From NCBI GenBank assembly GCA_964106915.2, contig OZ066914.1: a DNA stretch of 64,000 nucleotides, one strand, 5' to 3'. The first letter of the stretch is position 1; each line of letters begins with the position of its first letter. The notes under the pieces were generated by a model. The model searched no databases. It saw only the letters and a program-made list of their open reading frames with translations, and was not told where the DNA came from. This DNA comes from Podarcis gaigeae (Eukaryota). Positions 63,975-64,000 of the stretch are shown here, piece by piece. Position numbers and translations under genes: made by a program.

Positions 63975-64000
63975 CCTATAGGAGACTAGACTGGTTAGTG

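Noticed and set aside
57201-64000. CSTF3 exon 1 or promoter
   Set aside because: No MSGD-like coding start or CpG island; the only CpG-rich part is a SINE, so exon 1 is beyond the window.

Overview
Vertebrate genomic DNA, very likely from a squamate (probably lacertid) lizard, judged from Sauria-type SINEs, a BovB tail, CR1/L2 LINEs and hAT/Tc1-mariner MITEs. Two convergent genes are present. The last two coding exons of TCP11L1 lie on the + strand (227-1496). CSTF3 (CstF-77) lies on the - strand, with exon 2 and exons 4-21 mapped to the base. Exon 3 is hidden in a 132-N gap and exon 1 is beyond the window. With the expected 27-nt and 96-nt missing exons the CDS sums to 2154 nt (717 aa plus stop). 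The conserved autoregulatory intron-3 poly(A) site is visible near 56660, with its ATTAAA partly inside a predicted hairpin. The main unexpected result is a decayed ~2.6-kb endogenous bornavirus-like cassette inside the ~31-kb intron 3 (about 34480-37110, - strand). It holds a near full-length nucleoprotein (EBLN) fossil with six colinear motif anchors, preceded by a weaker P-like frame and two paralogous matrix-like coding modules that diverged largely at synonymous sites. A candidate 4-nt microexon (GACA) in CSTF3 intron 20 could swap in frame with exon 20. Viral and human reference sequences were compared from memory by eye; no searches were run.
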